In this document: in pieces, positions 1-9,879 of the stretch
Position numbering within the stretch: the first letter of the stretch is position 1
Layout of the letters: each line of letters begins with the position of its first letter
Assembly (NCBI GenBank): GCA_021204625.1
Contig: JAJPZA010000120.1
Location: forward strand, 4,483 to 68,482
Source: Clostridia bacterium
GTDB lineage: Bacteria > Bacillota > Clostridia > Christensenellales > Borkfalkiaceae
Length of the DNA stretch: 64,000 bases
Direction: 5' to 3'
The notes under the pieces: model-generated
The model's database searches: none
The model's input: only the letters and a program-made list of their open reading frames with translations
What the model was told of the DNA's origin: nothing
Position numbers and translations under genes: made by a program

Positions 1-1
1 A

Positions 2-517
2 TTCGGCAATTTCCACGGCCATGACAAAGAAGGCATGCGCATAGCCCATGAGATCTGCCTGCGCCTCAAGGTTCCCTCCAGGCTCACATCCGAGACAGTG
101 CGCCTTGTGGGAGCCCACATGTTCAACGTCCGCGGGGATGCCCGGCCCGCCAAAGTCAAGCGGTATGTCATGGAGAACCAGGACATCCTGGACAGGATTA
201 TCCTTTTGATGCAGGCGGATTTTTCCGCTTGCAAGGACAACCTGGGCCCCGCTCCCGCATCCATTGCTCTCACGGCTTTCCGTGAGCAGATGATAGCAGA
301 CGGCCTTCCTTTGAGCCTCAGGGACCTTGCAGTAAAGGGCGGAGACCTGGCGGCGGCCGGATTCCCGCCGGAGAGCATAGGGGACACGCTCAAAAGCCTT
401 CTGGAGGATTCCGCCATCCAGGGATTCCCCAATGACAGGGAGACGCTCATGGAGCGCGCCGTGCGCATATACCTGCCAAGAACAGGGGCGCAGCCCAAAG
501 AGGACAGACAATCATAA
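2..517 (+). CDS. C-terminal part of a CCA-adding enzyme / tRNA nucleotidyltransferase family protein (5' end lies outside the window)
   Basis: The frame is open from base 2 (FGNFHGHDKEG...). It has an HD-type motif followed by a helical C-terminal region typical of CCA/poly(A) polymerase family proteins. Stop at 515-517. Confidence 0.55.
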   Translation, partial: FGNFHGHDKEGMRIAHEICLRLKVPSRLTSETVRLVGAHMFNVRGDARPAKVKRYVMENQDILDRIILLMQADFSACKDNLGPAPASIALTAFREQMIADGLPLSLRDLAVKGGDLAAAGFPPESIGDTLKSLLEDSAIQGFPNDRETLMERAVRIYLPRTGAQPKEDRQS

Positions 518-633
518 CCCGCACAATGCATGTGGAAGCGCCAGGGCGGCGCGGCGCATGTGAGATATACGGAGATCCGCACGAAGCAATGCACAGAGCC
601 TTTGGGCCGGATGCATGAAGAAAGGGGAGAGAA

Positions 634-2940
634 GTGAAGCTTTCTGCAGCGCTTAAAAATCAATATCCGGAGTTTTTGCAGTTTTGCACAGATAAGAAGA
701 GGATCCGGAAAACGGAGATGCTCACAGAGAAGGTGTATGCCTCGTACAGGGCGGATGCCGGAAAGACAGAGGAGTACACGGACGGCATAAAGGCCTGCAT
801 AGCGGAGGCGGAGAGGTCCAAGGACTACCTGGTCTGCGAAACCGCCGGACTGCCTCTTAAGCCGGAGTACAGGTACGTGCCTGTGGAGGCAGTGGGATTC
901 AGGACAAGGGGACTGCATTTTTTGAGGCATGCAGGAATAAGGACCTTTTATGACTTCCTCTCATACAAAAGCGCGGACCTCAAGGCCGCAAACAATCTCG
1001 GGCCCGGGACCATAGAGGACATGTACGAAAGAGCGAAGGATTTCGCGGAAACCGGCAGCGTTTCCATATCCTTTACTCAGGACGGAAGATCGGTTGCAAG
1101 AACCTCCGGCATATCAATCCTCATGAGAGTCACTCTGGACCCGGAGCCCAGGTGGCTTCCCCTGGAAATGCCGGAGGACCCGGAGGAGCTGGAGCGGATG
1201 AAGCAGCTGGAGCAGCTGGTGTCTGCAAACCAGGCATATTTTGCTATGTTCTGCAATTCGCTGCGGGATTATTACAATCCCGTCCTCGCATATTACAGGT
1301 CCGTGCGGGACATGATGCAGGCCGCCTCATCCCTTCCGGACAGAATAAAGGGCTGCTCTGTCGGATCTCTTCTCAGGATATACGGTCTGCGCTTTGGGCA
1401 GGAGGCGGAAACGCTCATGGCCGCCTGGCCGCAGGAAATGAGCATATCCGCGGTGCTTTTGAAGACAGCGCATGAAGACCGGGCAGACTGGCTTGCGGAA
1501 GCGGAGTCTTTCTGCAGCTGGCTGCAGGGGCTGGATTTAACCCAGGCAGGCTCATACGTATTCTGCAAGGACCGTCTTGCAGACGGCGGCGTGTGGAGTG
1601 CGTATGTGGACAAGTACTGGGACGTAATAATCCGCAGGGCGTCCGGGCAGACGCTGGAGGAAGCAGGCAGTATATACGGTGACGCAAGGGAGAGGGCAAG
1701 GCAGATAGAGAACCTGGCTGCCGGCATCCTGCAAAAAGCGTATGCGGACTGCCCGTATGACATAGCCGCCCTCATGCATCTGGAGACGGGCAGGAGCATC
1801 CTTTCATATGAGGACGCGGAAAAGCTTTTGGGGCAGCCGGCGGCAAAGCTCTTCTGGCGGATGGCCAAAAAGAGCCTTCTGGACTGCGGCTTGTATGAAT
1901 ACAGCGAAGAGCTGAAGGCTGTGTTTTACAACATCCTCACGGGCGGGCCGGAAGATCTGGACAAGGTCTTAGGAGCCATGAATTCCCTTCCAAAGGAATT
2001 TTATGAGGATGAGAAGGATGCCTTCATAGCAGACGCCGCAAAGGCCGGCGTTCCGGAGAGTCTTCTGGAGGAAATGGTTCCGTACAGGTACAGGATATAC
2101 GGCCAGCTGTATTCCGCATCCAGGCCGTCCGTGGCCAAAAAGTGCGAGTACCTTTTGCGGTGCTGCTTCAAGGACGGATACAAGGTGGGGGACGGGAAAA
2201 TGGCCGGCGAGGCCTGCCGGGTGCTTTCCGAGGTTTTCGGCAAGGACACCCTCTCAACCCCGCACGCGCTGGAGAGCAAGATATCCCTTTCCGGACAGCT
2301 TGTGGACAGGGGCCTGTACATGTACCCCGGATACGTGCATATGGATTATTCCGCGCTGGACGAGGTCCTCGCATATGTTGAGACCTGCACCGGAGGGGTC
2401 GTGTCCTTCAATGAGCTGTACGAGGTTTTCAAGGAAAAGCTCAATGCTGCGGGCATATCCAACAGGTACGCCCTGCAGGGGGCTATAAAACAGCACGGCT
2501 GTCCGTACACGGCAACGAGGGATTACATAATGAAGGACGAGGAGGGCTCCATGGCCGCAGAGCTTTCCGCGTACGCGAAGGAGAAGGGGAGGTTCACCCT
2601 CAAGGAGTTCTCGGACGCTTTCCCGTATTACAACCCGTCCCTTCTGTACCCTCTGGCCGCCAGAACGGAAGACGTCATCCAGATAGGCCCGGGGCTCTTC
2701 ATGGATGCTGCCTCTCTGGACTATTCCGACGAGGAGCAGCTGGGCATCATGTCCTTCATATACCGGCGCTGCCCGCCGGAGGGGATGAACACGGACGAGG
2801 CCTTCCCGGAATTCCGCACGGCCTTTGAGCCGTTCTGCTCAAGGAACGGGATAGATAAAAGCTCCGCCATGTTCGCTGTCCTGGAATACATGTACAAAAA
2901 ATATTTCACATTTTCCAAGCCGTACATTCTGGCGCTTTAA
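634..2940 (+). CDS. Large hypothetical protein with an RpoA-CTD-like helix-hairpin-helix and a sigma-70 region-4-like HTH
   Basis: 768-aa ORF with a GTG start after GGGGAG. The segment FLRHAGIRTFYDFLSYKSADLKAANNLGPGTIEDM resembles the RNAP alpha CTD. The segment QTLEEAGSIYGDARERARQIENLA resembles sigma-70 region 4.2. Confidence 0.6.
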   Translation: MKLSAALKNQYPEFLQFCTDKKRIRKTEMLTEKVYASYRADAGKTEEYTDGIKACIAEAERSKDYLVCETAGLPLKPEYRYVPVEAVGFRTRGLHFLRHAGIRTFYDFLSYKSADLKAANNLGPGTIEDMYERAKDFAETGSVSISFTQDGRSVARTSGISILMRVTLDPEPRWLPLEMPEDPEELERMKQLEQLVSANQAYFAMFCNSLRDYYNPVLAYYRSVRDMMQAASSLPDRIKGCSVGSLLRIYGLRFGQEAETLMAAWPQEMSISAVLLKTAHEDRADWLAEAESFCSWLQGLDLTQAGSYVFCKDRLADGGVWSAYVDKYWDVIIRRASGQTLEEAGSIYGDARERARQIENLAAGILQKAYADCPYDIAALMHLETGRSILSYEDAEKLLGQPAAKLFWRMAKKSLLDCGLYEYSEELKAVFYNILTGGPEDLDKVLGAMNSLPKEFYEDEKDAFIADAAKAGVPESLLEEMVPYRYRIYGQLYSASRPSVAKKCEYLLRCCFKDGYKVGDGKMAGEACRVLSEVFGKDTLSTPHALESKISLSGQLVDRGLYMYPGYVHMDYSALDEVLAYVETCTGGVVSFNELYEVFKEKLNAAGISNRYALQGAIKQHGCPYTATRDYIMKDEEGSMAAELSAYAKEKGRFTLKEFSDAFPYYNPSLLYPLAARTEDVIQIGPGLFMDAASLDYSDEEQLGIMSFIYRRCPPEGMNTDEAFPEFRTAFEPFCSRNGIDKSSAMFAVLEYMYKKYFTFSKPYILAL

Positions 2941-3004
2941 GGCCCCCGCTGCGGCCGCCTGCAGGGAGCAAAAACTGTTTTGCCAACATCTTTGGCGCAA
3001 ATTG

Positions 3005-3033
3005 TTGCATTTGGCAAAAACCCGTTATATAAT
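3005..3033 (+). promoter_or_regulatory. SigA-type promoter candidate (TTGCAT-N17-TATAAT)
   Basis: Hexamers read directly at 3005-3010 and 3028-3033 with a 17-nt spacer, upstream of the 3157 CDS. Confidence 0.55.
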
Positions 3034-3156
3034 CTTGCTATTGAATGAGATTTTCCCTGCCCCGGGGGACGGCGCATGACGGCCGGCCTTTGAGGCAGTT
3101 CATATAAAACACAACAGTAATTCAAGGATCGTTTTTCATACGGCAGAGAGGTGCGC

Positions 3157-5409
3157 ATGTCTCAGAAAAAGAAAGTCATAGTGAAGAAGAAAGGGTTCTC
3201 GGTGGTTTCCCTCCTCATAGGCCTGCTGCTGGGAATCATCATAATGGTCGCCCTTGTCGGCGGCGCCGCGGTTTATCTCGCCACGGGCAGCCTGGACTCA
3301 ATACTGAGCCTGTTCGGACTGGACAACCAGGATGATGACGGCAACTACATCTACATCAACACGGACCCGGACAACGGCGGCGTCTCAACAGTCCTGCAGC
3401 TCGTGCAGTGGGTCACAGGACTGGACAGCATCACGAGCCTTTCCGTCTATGACGTCTGCGAGAAGGTCCCCTATGTTGAGACTGTTGTGGACGGGCTGTA
3501 CGACACGATTGCCGATTACGGCCTTGAGATGGATAAGGATGAATTGTACAGCCAGCCTTTTGACGGCCTTCTGGACTACGTCACGGACGCATTGATGGAC
3601 GTGCAGGTGGGAACTCTTCTGGACAAGGTCGATGAGGACAACGGCCTGAAGGACAACAAAATCACCGAAGCCATTCTGTACGGCACGGAGGCCAAGTACG
3701 TGGAAGTGCCCGCAGATGACGGATCCGTCGTTAAATACCCCGTATGGTATGAAGACTTCCGTCTCGTGGATCCGGACGCTCCCTCCGAGGAGCCTGCGGG
3801 CGGCAACGAAGCCGAAGAGGGAGACGGGAATGATAATGCAAGCGGCGTAAATTACACCGAGCCTTTGGACCTGGACCTTTCGGACGATGCGTACTTCGTG
3901 AGCGTGAATGACGAGAACGTCATCCTGGACGAAGAATATTACGGATATCTTGCATACAGCAGCCGGGCCGGAGCATACCGCCTGTATTTCTACGGCCCCA
4001 TGACCCGCACAGCCGCCGAAGAGTCCGGGGACGGCGAAGAGACAGAAGAGACAGAGACAACATATTATTACAATGTGACATACAGAGAGGATGACGGTTC
4101 ATTCGCATGCATGGAAACGCCTGTGGAATACACAACCTCCTATGCGACGCTGGACGGCAGCTACTACTATGACGCGGACGGGAACAAAGTGGACAGCAAT
4201 CCCGTGACCATAGGCTCAATCATGGACAACCCTCTCGAGAACCTCTACGAGCTCTACATCACAGACCTGTACGAGGACAATGAAGAGGAGCTCGGCGCCA
4301 TAGCGGACATACTCGGAGACGTCTCCTTCGGGGACCTCATAGAAGGAAACGTGAATTTCGAGGAGATCATCAACGGCCTTGAGCTCTCATCCCTCATAAA
4401 CAATGTCTCCATATCAGACGATTCGTCCGGCGCGGCGGCAATTCTTACGTATCTCATATACGGCGCCTCCGGAGTAAGCGAGGCGGAAGGAGAGGACCTC
4501 GCATACAGCTACACCGGCACATACCACAAGATAGCTGAAGACGGCACGACAGAGACCGTGGACTGCTACATCCAGACAGATGCAGACGGAACGGTTCTGG
4601 GCATATACCTTGACAAGGACTGCACAGAATCCGCCGCCGGAACAACAGTGACCCAGGTTGAAACCCGCATGGACGGAATCATGAACGACCTCACCATAGG
4701 CGAGATAGTTGACGTCTCCTCCATGGACAACGAGATCGTAAACATGGTAGCCGGCTCCACAATCGGCAGCTTCGCCACGGATATCGGCAACATGACAATG
4801 AACCAGCTCTTCTGCAACGACATATACGGCGTTTGGGACGAAGAGCAGCAGGAGCAGCTGGCCACCCAGTACGAGGTTGTGGCAACAGCGGCGGATGTCA
4901 CAGACGAAACCACGCAGATAGCCTTTGACTCCTCATATACATATTACATTCAGGGCAGCAGCGTTATCCTCGAGCCGGCAGGGCAGGGATACAGCAGTGA
5001 AGACGGCACACCCGGAAACGGCCACTATGATACGTATGATGATCTTGTGGAATCCGTGGGAGAAGGGGTAACGGTATACACGTACGGCCAGGCAAACCCT
5101 CTCTGGAAGCTGCTCATAAGCGAGACGAACAGTGATGGTGAGCTGCAGGAAATTGCATATTCCGTAAGCGACATGAACAACATGTACTACAACATCACGT
5201 CCAACGTGCAGAACGCGACGGTATCAGATCTGGTTGATGCCGGAATCCTTTCCATAGACAATGCCGAGACCGTCCTTGATTCATATCTGGTATCAATCTC
5301 CTACGATGCGGGCGGAAGTCCCACGATTTCAAAATCAGAAACAAAAGTCGGCGACATGACTCTGATAGGACTCATCAACGCCATCCTTTCGGGCCTCACA
5401 ACGAGCTGA
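3157..5409 (+). CDS. Membrane-anchored, highly acidic (D/E/T/Y-rich) extracytoplasmic protein, function unknown
   Basis: ATG at 3157 preceded by AGAGAGG. N-terminal K-rich segment followed by a hydrophobic helix (VVSLLIGLLLGIIIMVALVGGAAVYLA). The rest is long, acidic and low in Cys. Confidence 0.7.
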   Translation: MSQKKKVIVKKKGFSVVSLLIGLLLGIIIMVALVGGAAVYLATGSLDSILSLFGLDNQDDDGNYIYINTDPDNGGVSTVLQLVQWVTGLDSITSLSVYDVCEKVPYVETVVDGLYDTIADYGLEMDKDELYSQPFDGLLDYVTDALMDVQVGTLLDKVDEDNGLKDNKITEAILYGTEAKYVEVPADDGSVVKYPVWYEDFRLVDPDAPSEEPAGGNEAEEGDGNDNASGVNYTEPLDLDLSDDAYFVSVNDENVILDEEYYGYLAYSSRAGAYRLYFYGPMTRTAAEESGDGEETEETETTYYYNVTYREDDGSFACMETPVEYTTSYATLDGSYYYDADGNKVDSNPVTIGSIMDNPLENLYELYITDLYEDNEEELGAIADILGDVSFGDLIEGNVNFEEIINGLELSSLINNVSISDDSSGAAAILTYLIYGASGVSEAEGEDLAYSYTGTYHKIAEDGTTETVDCYIQTDADGTVLGIYLDKDCTESAAGTTVTQVETRMDGIMNDLTIGEIVDVSSMDNEIVNMVAGSTIGSFATDIGNMTMNQLFCNDIYGVWDEEQQEQLATQYEVVATAADVTDETTQIAFDSSYTYYIQGSSVILEPAGQGYSSEDGTPGNGHYDTYDDLVESVGEGVTVYTYGQANPLWKLLISETNSDGELQEIAYSVSDMNNMYYNITSNVQNATVSDLVDAGILSIDNAETVLDSYLVSISYDAGGSPTISKSETKVGDMTLIGLINAILSGLTTS

Positions 5410-5477
5410 TCGCCCTGGGCCGCAGGGCACATCAGCAACCAATAAGATTACAAACGCAAAAACGATCCATAGGGGAG

Positions 5478-5512
5478 CACACGGGCTGCACGGCCCGTGT
5501 GTTCTCTTATTT
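5478..5512 (+). terminator. Rho-independent terminator candidate
   Basis: Stem CACACGGGC / GCCCGTGTG with a short loop, followed by TTCTCTTATTT, downstream of the 3157-5409 CDS. Confidence 0.55.
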
Positions 5513-6075
5513 GCAATTCCCACCCACAGGCAAGCCGGAATGGGAGGAGGTCTGCCCCGGAGCGGATTCCAGTCTCCCAACTGTTCGTAAAACGGCGCGT
5601 TTGAACGGATTCGTTTAGAAACATATGTTCGAGCTTTCGGCCGTTCCAATCCGGCCTTTTCGACAGGGGCATCTCTGTAAATTTGTGTCCGGAGGACAGT
5701 AATGTACCATAGGGCTTTTGGTGCCCTGTCCGCGCCTTGTGCCGGCCCGGACAAGCCTGCCTGCGGAGGGAGTCCATGCGCCTGCGGGCGTCTTTGAGTG
5801 GAGGAGAGGAGGCCCGCGAAGGGGGCATTTCCGGGAGGGATTGCGGATTTCACACAGTTATCACAGATAAAATGCGGGAATATATGCATTTTTGCCCGTT
5901 CAGATTTCAAAATCTGTTTAAATCCGGTTCAAAAAAGTTTATATATATAGTGTCGGGCACCGAGTGTCCGCTGGTGTTTGCCGGAGCAGGGCTCCGTTGT
6001 TATTGAATCCGGATTACAGCGTGTCATTCTGGCGGAGTGCAGCGATGCATGAATTTGATGCGCGGGCCAAAAAAG

Positions 6076-6104
6076 TTTGACAAGCAAAGGAATTTATTGT
6101 AAAC
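6076..6104 (+). promoter_or_regulatory. Promoter candidate for rpsF-ssb-rpsR (TTGACA-N17-TAAACT)
   Basis: Perfect -35 at 6076-6081, 17-nt spacer, TAAACT at 6099-6104. This leaves a 5' UTR of roughly 80 nt with GC-rich hairpins before rpsF. Confidence 0.5.
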
Positions 6105-6189
6105 TTTTTTATACCGCAGGCTGTGGCCTGCGAGTGACTATACCTTGCGTGCGGCAGGACCGTACGCCGATTAGACCGGGAGGTACAAT

Positions 6190-6474
6190 ATGAAGACTTA
6201 TGAGATAATGTACGTTGTGGACAACGCCGTATCTGATGAGGCCAAGGAGGCGGTTCAGGCAAAGTTCGAGAACCTTATCAGGGTCCAGGGCGGCAACGTT
6301 GTCTCGGTTGACCAGATGGGAGCGAAGAAGCTCGCATATCCCATCGACCACAAGACCGAGGGATACTACGTAGTTATCACTTACGAAGGAGACGGGAGCT
6401 TCAACAGGGAGCTGGATCGTGTCGTCTCACTCACTTCGGAAGTAATAAGACGCAAGATAATGACGAAAGAATAG
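6190..6474 (+). CDS. rpsF: 30S ribosomal protein S6
   Basis: MKTYEIMYVV...AKKLAYPI...GYYVV is the characteristic S6 sequence. Sits in the conserved rpsF-ssb-rpsR arrangement. Confidence 0.95.
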   Translation: MKTYEIMYVVDNAVSDEAKEAVQAKFENLIRVQGGNVVSVDQMGAKKLAYPIDHKTEGYYVVITYEGDGSFNRELDRVVSLTSEVIRRKIMTKE

Positions 6475-6483
6475 GGGAAATAA

Positions 6484-6912
6484 ATGAACAGGATTTTTCT
6501 TATCGGCAACCTTACCCGCGACCCGGAGCTCACGGAGACCGCCAGCGGGATCAAGATCTGCCGTTTCAGCATCGCTGTCAACCGCAGTTATTCCAACACG
6601 GAAGACAGGAAGACTGACTTTTTCAACATCGTGGCATGGCGCGGCCTCGGAGAGAACGTAGCCAAGTACGCGAGAAAGGGAAACAAGGTATGCGTGGTAG
6701 GATCAGTCGAACTCCGCACCTACGATGACAAGGACGGAATCCGCCGCACGGCGATGGACGTCGTAGCCAGCGACGTGGAGTTCCTCACCCCGAAGAGCTA
6801 TTCCTCAACCTCTTCGGATGACGGATATTCTTCATCCGGATCATCCGGCAGCAGGGACTCGGGACGCCCCCAGCTGCAGCCGTTCGATGACGACAGCGAC
6901 ATACCCTTCTGA
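6484..6912 (+). CDS. ssb: Single-stranded DNA-binding protein
   Basis: [18 protein letters not shown]-fold N-terminus, a G/S-rich linker, and the acidic C-terminal tip DDDSDIPF. Confidence 0.95.
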   Translation: MNRIFLIGNLTRDPELTETASGIKICRFSIAVNRSYSNTEDRKTDFFNIVAWRGLGENVAKYARKGNKVCVVGSVELRTYDDKDGIRRTAMDVVASDVEFLTPKSYSSTSSDDGYSSSGSSGSRDSGRPQLQPFDDDSDIPF

Positions 6913-6935
6913 GATACACAAGGAGAAGAAAGATT

Positions 6936-7349
6936 ATGGAAGAGAATAACAACGCTGAGACAAGCGAGGTAGCAGCAGCTCCCGCAGCAGAAGAGACCAG
7001 CGCGGCAAACACTGAAGCGAACGCAAACACCAATAACAATGACCGTGGAAACGGCGAGAGAAGATACAACAACAGGAACAATGACCGCGGAAACGGCGAC
7101 AGGCCCTACAACCGCGGCAAGAAGGGCGGCAACAGAAGGGCACCCCGCAAGAAGGTCTGCGTATTCTGCCAGGAGAAGGTCGCATACATAGACTACAAGG
7201 ATGTTGCGCGCCTCCGCAAGTTCATAACCGAGGGAGCAAAGATGATTCCCAGAAGGATGACCGGAACGTGCGCAAAGCACCAGCGCGAGCTTGCCAGAGC
7301 CATCAAGAACGCGCGCCAGGCAGCACTCCTTCCGTTCGTCGGAGAGTAA
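6936..7349 (+). CDS. rpsR: 30S ribosomal protein S18 with an N-terminal low-complexity extension of about 60 aa
   Basis: The C-terminal 75 aa ([19 protein letters not shown]...[29 protein letters not shown]) is canonical S18. The N-terminus is N/A/E/R/G-rich with an internal duplication ([12 protein letters not shown] / [12 protein letters not shown]). Confidence 0.9.
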   Translation: MEENNNAETSEVAAAPAAEETSAANTEANANTNNNDRGNGERRYNNRNNDRGNGDRPYNRGKKGGNRRAPRKKVCVFCQEKVAYIDYKDVARLRKFITEGAKMIPRRMTGTCAKHQRELARAIKNARQAALLPFVGE

Positions 7350-7371
7350 TCCCGCCCAGACAAGAGCACAT

Positions 7372-7401
7372 AAAAAGAGCACCGTAAGGATGCTCTTTTT
7401 T
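7372..7401. terminator. Bidirectional rho-independent terminator between rpsR (+) and yggS (-)
   Basis: AAAAAGAGCA-loop-TGCTCTTTTTT. The stem is flanked by an A-run and a T-run. Confidence 0.7.
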
Positions 7402-7479
7402 GATGCTCAAAATTGCCGGTTTTTAGCGCAAGGCGCCGCTTTCCCTGCGCGGGGGAAGAGCTGCGCCATATTCCGGACG

Positions 7480-8154
7480 TTATGCGCTGGTGTTTCTGGG
7501 TCCGAAGATGGCCGTGCCGATGCGGACCATGTTGGAGCCTTCCTCTATGCAGAGCTTCCAGTCCCCACTCATTCCCATGGAAAGATAGTCGAAGTCCGGC
7601 ATGTACGCCTTGACGGTGTCGAACAGGCTTCTCATCTGGCGCGCAAGGGGGCGGAGGATTGTCTCGTCATCCGTGAAGGGGAGCATGGCCATGAGGCCGC
7701 GGATCTTGAGGCCCGGAAGGACCGCTATCGTCTTCACGGCTTCTTCGGCCTCCTCGGCGTCAAAGCCTCCCTTGGTCTCCTGGTTTCCCGCGTTTATCTG
7801 GATGAGGATCTCGGATACAACGCCGGCTTTCACGCTGCGGGCGGAAAGGTCCTGCGCAAGCTCCATCCTGTCCACGGAATGGTAGAGGTCCACTTTGCCC
7901 ACAAGGTACTTGATCTTGTTGGTCTGAAGGTGCCCTATGAACTGCCTGGAGGGGTTGCCCTGGATGGCGTCATACTTGTCCCTGAACTCCTGCACGTGGT
8001 TGTCCGCTATCTGCGTTATGCCGGCCGCTATGGCCTCGTTGATGGCCTCAGGGGTCTGCGTCTTCACGGCTGCCACGAGGGAGACGGGCTCGCCGTATTT
8101 GTTTGTCCTGGGAACTTCTTCCAAAAGCTTGTGTACATTTTCCGTAATGCTCAT
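7480..8154 (-). CDS. yggS: YggS/YlmE-family pyridoxal-phosphate homeostasis protein
   Basis: MSITENV...AAVKTQ...HFIGHLQTNK...LSMGMSGD...VRIGTAIFG motifs. Start taken at the internal ATG (8154). Confidence 0.9.
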   Translation of the reverse strand: MSITENVHKLLEEVPRTNKYGEPVSLVAAVKTQTPEAINEAIAAGITQIADNHVQEFRDKYDAIQGNPSRQFIGHLQTNKIKYLVGKVDLYHSVDRMELAQDLSARSVKAGVVSEILIQINAGNQETKGGFDAEEAEEAVKTIAVLPGLKIRGLMAMLPFTDDETILRPLARQMRSLFDTVKAYMPDFDYLSMGMSGDWKLCIEEGSNMVRIGTAIFGPRNTSA

Positions 8155-8274
8155 GATTTGATTTGTATGCCTCACGTGGAATAATGCGTTTTCTGCTTTA
8201 AAAGCTGCATATCTGTGCCGGTTTGCCGCCGGAGGGGCTTAAAAGGCATCCGGAGGATGCCCGCCTGGCGGGCG

Positions 8275-9351
8275 CTAGATTTCGTCTGCGATGAGCTGGG
8301 CCATTTTGCTTCCGGGAACTTTCGTCATGCCCTCGGACCAGATGTCCGCCGTGCGGTATCCCTTGTCCAGGACGCGCTGCACGGCGCTTTCTATGGCAGC
8401 GTATTCTGCCGTAAGGCCGAAGGAGTCGCGGAGCATCATGGCGGCCGCAAGAATGGTGGCTATGGGGTTTGCAAGGTCCTTGCCGGCGATGTCCGGGGCG
8501 GAGCCGTGTATGGGCTCATAGAGGCCGCATGCGGTGTCTCCGAGAGAGGAGGATGCGAGCATGCCTATGGAGCCTGTCACCTGGGCAGCCTCGTCCGAGA
8601 GGATGTCTCCGAAGATGTTGGATGTTACAACCACGTCGAACTGGGCGGGGTTCTTCACTATCTGCATTGCCGTGTTGTCCACGAGCATGTCCTGCACAGT
8701 GATCTCCGGATAGTTCTTTGCCACATATTCATGCACGACCTTTCTCCAGAGCCTTGAGTTCTCCAGAACATTTGCCTTGTCCACGGATATGATCTTCTTG
8801 GAGCGCTTCATGGCAAGCTCGCAGGCTATGCGTGTTATGCGCTCTATCTCGTGGGTGGTGTACCTTTCCGTATCCACGGCGAACTCCTCGCCGTTTTCCT
8901 CATATCCTCTTTCCCTGTGGCCGAAATATATGCCGCCGGTGAGCTCGCGGACGATTATGATCTCCACGCCGTCCTTGGTCAAGTCTTTGCGGAGGGGAGA
9001 GGCGTCCGCCAGGCTGGACCACAGCTTTGCGGGGCGGATGTTGGAGTACAGGCCCATGGCCTTGCGAATGCCGAGGAGCCCGGCCTCAGGACGCACGTCT
9101 CCGCCTAAATGGTCCCACTTGGGGCCGCCAACGGCGCCGAGAAGAACGGAGTCTGAGGCAAGGCAGGCCTGGACGGTCTCCTCCGGCAGGGGATTTCCGC
9201 ATGCGTCTATTGCGCAGCCGCCCATGAGGCAGTGCCGGAAATTGAACTTGTGGCCGTACTTTGCGCCGATTCTGTTCAGCACGGATATTGCTCCCCTGCA
9301 GATTTCCGGACCTATGCCGTCTCCGTCCAGAACAACGATATTATATTCCAT
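8275..9351 (-). CDS. leuB: 3-isopropylmalate dehydrogenase
   Basis: [12 protein letters not shown]-terminus, [11 protein letters not shown]-like [11 protein letters not shown], and GSAPDIAGK motifs. GGAGG RBS. Confidence 0.95.
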   Translation of the reverse strand: MEYNIVVLDGDGIGPEICRGAISVLNRIGAKYGHKFNFRHCLMGGCAIDACGNPLPEETVQACLASDSVLLGAVGGPKWDHLGGDVRPEAGLLGIRKAMGLYSNIRPAKLWSSLADASPLRKDLTKDGVEIIIVRELTGGIYFGHRERGYEENGEEFAVDTERYTTHEIERITRIACELAMKRSKKIISVDKANVLENSRLWRKVVHEYVAKNYPEITVQDMLVDNTAMQIVKNPAQFDVVVTSNIFGDILSDEAAQVTGSIGMLASSSLGDTACGLYEPIHGSAPDIAGKDLANPIATILAAAMMLRDSFGLTAEYAAIESAVQRVLDKGYRTADIWSEGMTKVPGSKMAQLIADEI

Positions 9352-9364
9352 GATATGCCTCCGG

Positions 9365-9859
9365 TTATGCTTTCTGGTTCTTTGTAAGGTGCCTGATGAG
9401 CCCGCCGTCCTTTATGATCTCTTCAATGAAGGGAGGGAAGGGCTCCGCGGAGAAGGTCTCTCCGGTTGTCTCGTTCGTGATTCTGCCTGCGGCAAGGTCG
9501 CATGACACCGTGTCCCCGGCGGAAATGGCCGCGACGGCGGCAGGACACTCCAGGATGGGAAGGCCGATGTTTATGGAGTTGCGGTAGAAGATGCGCGCGA
9601 ACGAGTTGGCTATAACCAGGGACACGCCGCTGGCCTTTATGGCTATGGGCGCATGCTCGCGTGATGAGCCGCAGCCGAAATTGTCCCCTGCCACGATTAT
9701 GTCCCCGGGCCTGACCCTTGAGGGGAAGGTGGCGTCTATGTCCTCCATGCAGTGGGAGGCAAGCTCTGCCTCGGATATGGTGTTGAGGTATCTTGCGGGA
9801 ATTATAACGTCCGTGTTCACGTCATCCCCGTATTTGAAAACTGTTCCCTTTACTTCCAT
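9365..9859 (-). CDS. leuD: 3-isopropylmalate dehydratase small subunit
   Basis: [33 protein letters not shown]. Start moved to the ATG at 9859, which is preceded by GGAGG. Confidence 0.92.
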   Translation of the reverse strand: MEVKGTVFKYGDDVNTDVIIPARYLNTISEAELASHCMEDIDATFPSRVRPGDIIVAGDNFGCGSSREHAPIAIKASGVSLVIANSFARIFYRNSINIGLPILECPAAVAAISAGDTVSCDLAAGRITNETTGETFSAEPFPPFIEEIIKDGGLIRHLTKNQKA

Positions 9860-9879
9860 GATATTACATGCCTCCGGTC

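Noticed and set aside
7291-8184. 297-aa ORF on the + strand covering the whole yggS locus
   Set aside because: It is the antisense shadow of a well-supported minus-strand gene in GC-rich DNA. It has no RBS and a low-complexity R/G/A/H-rich translation.
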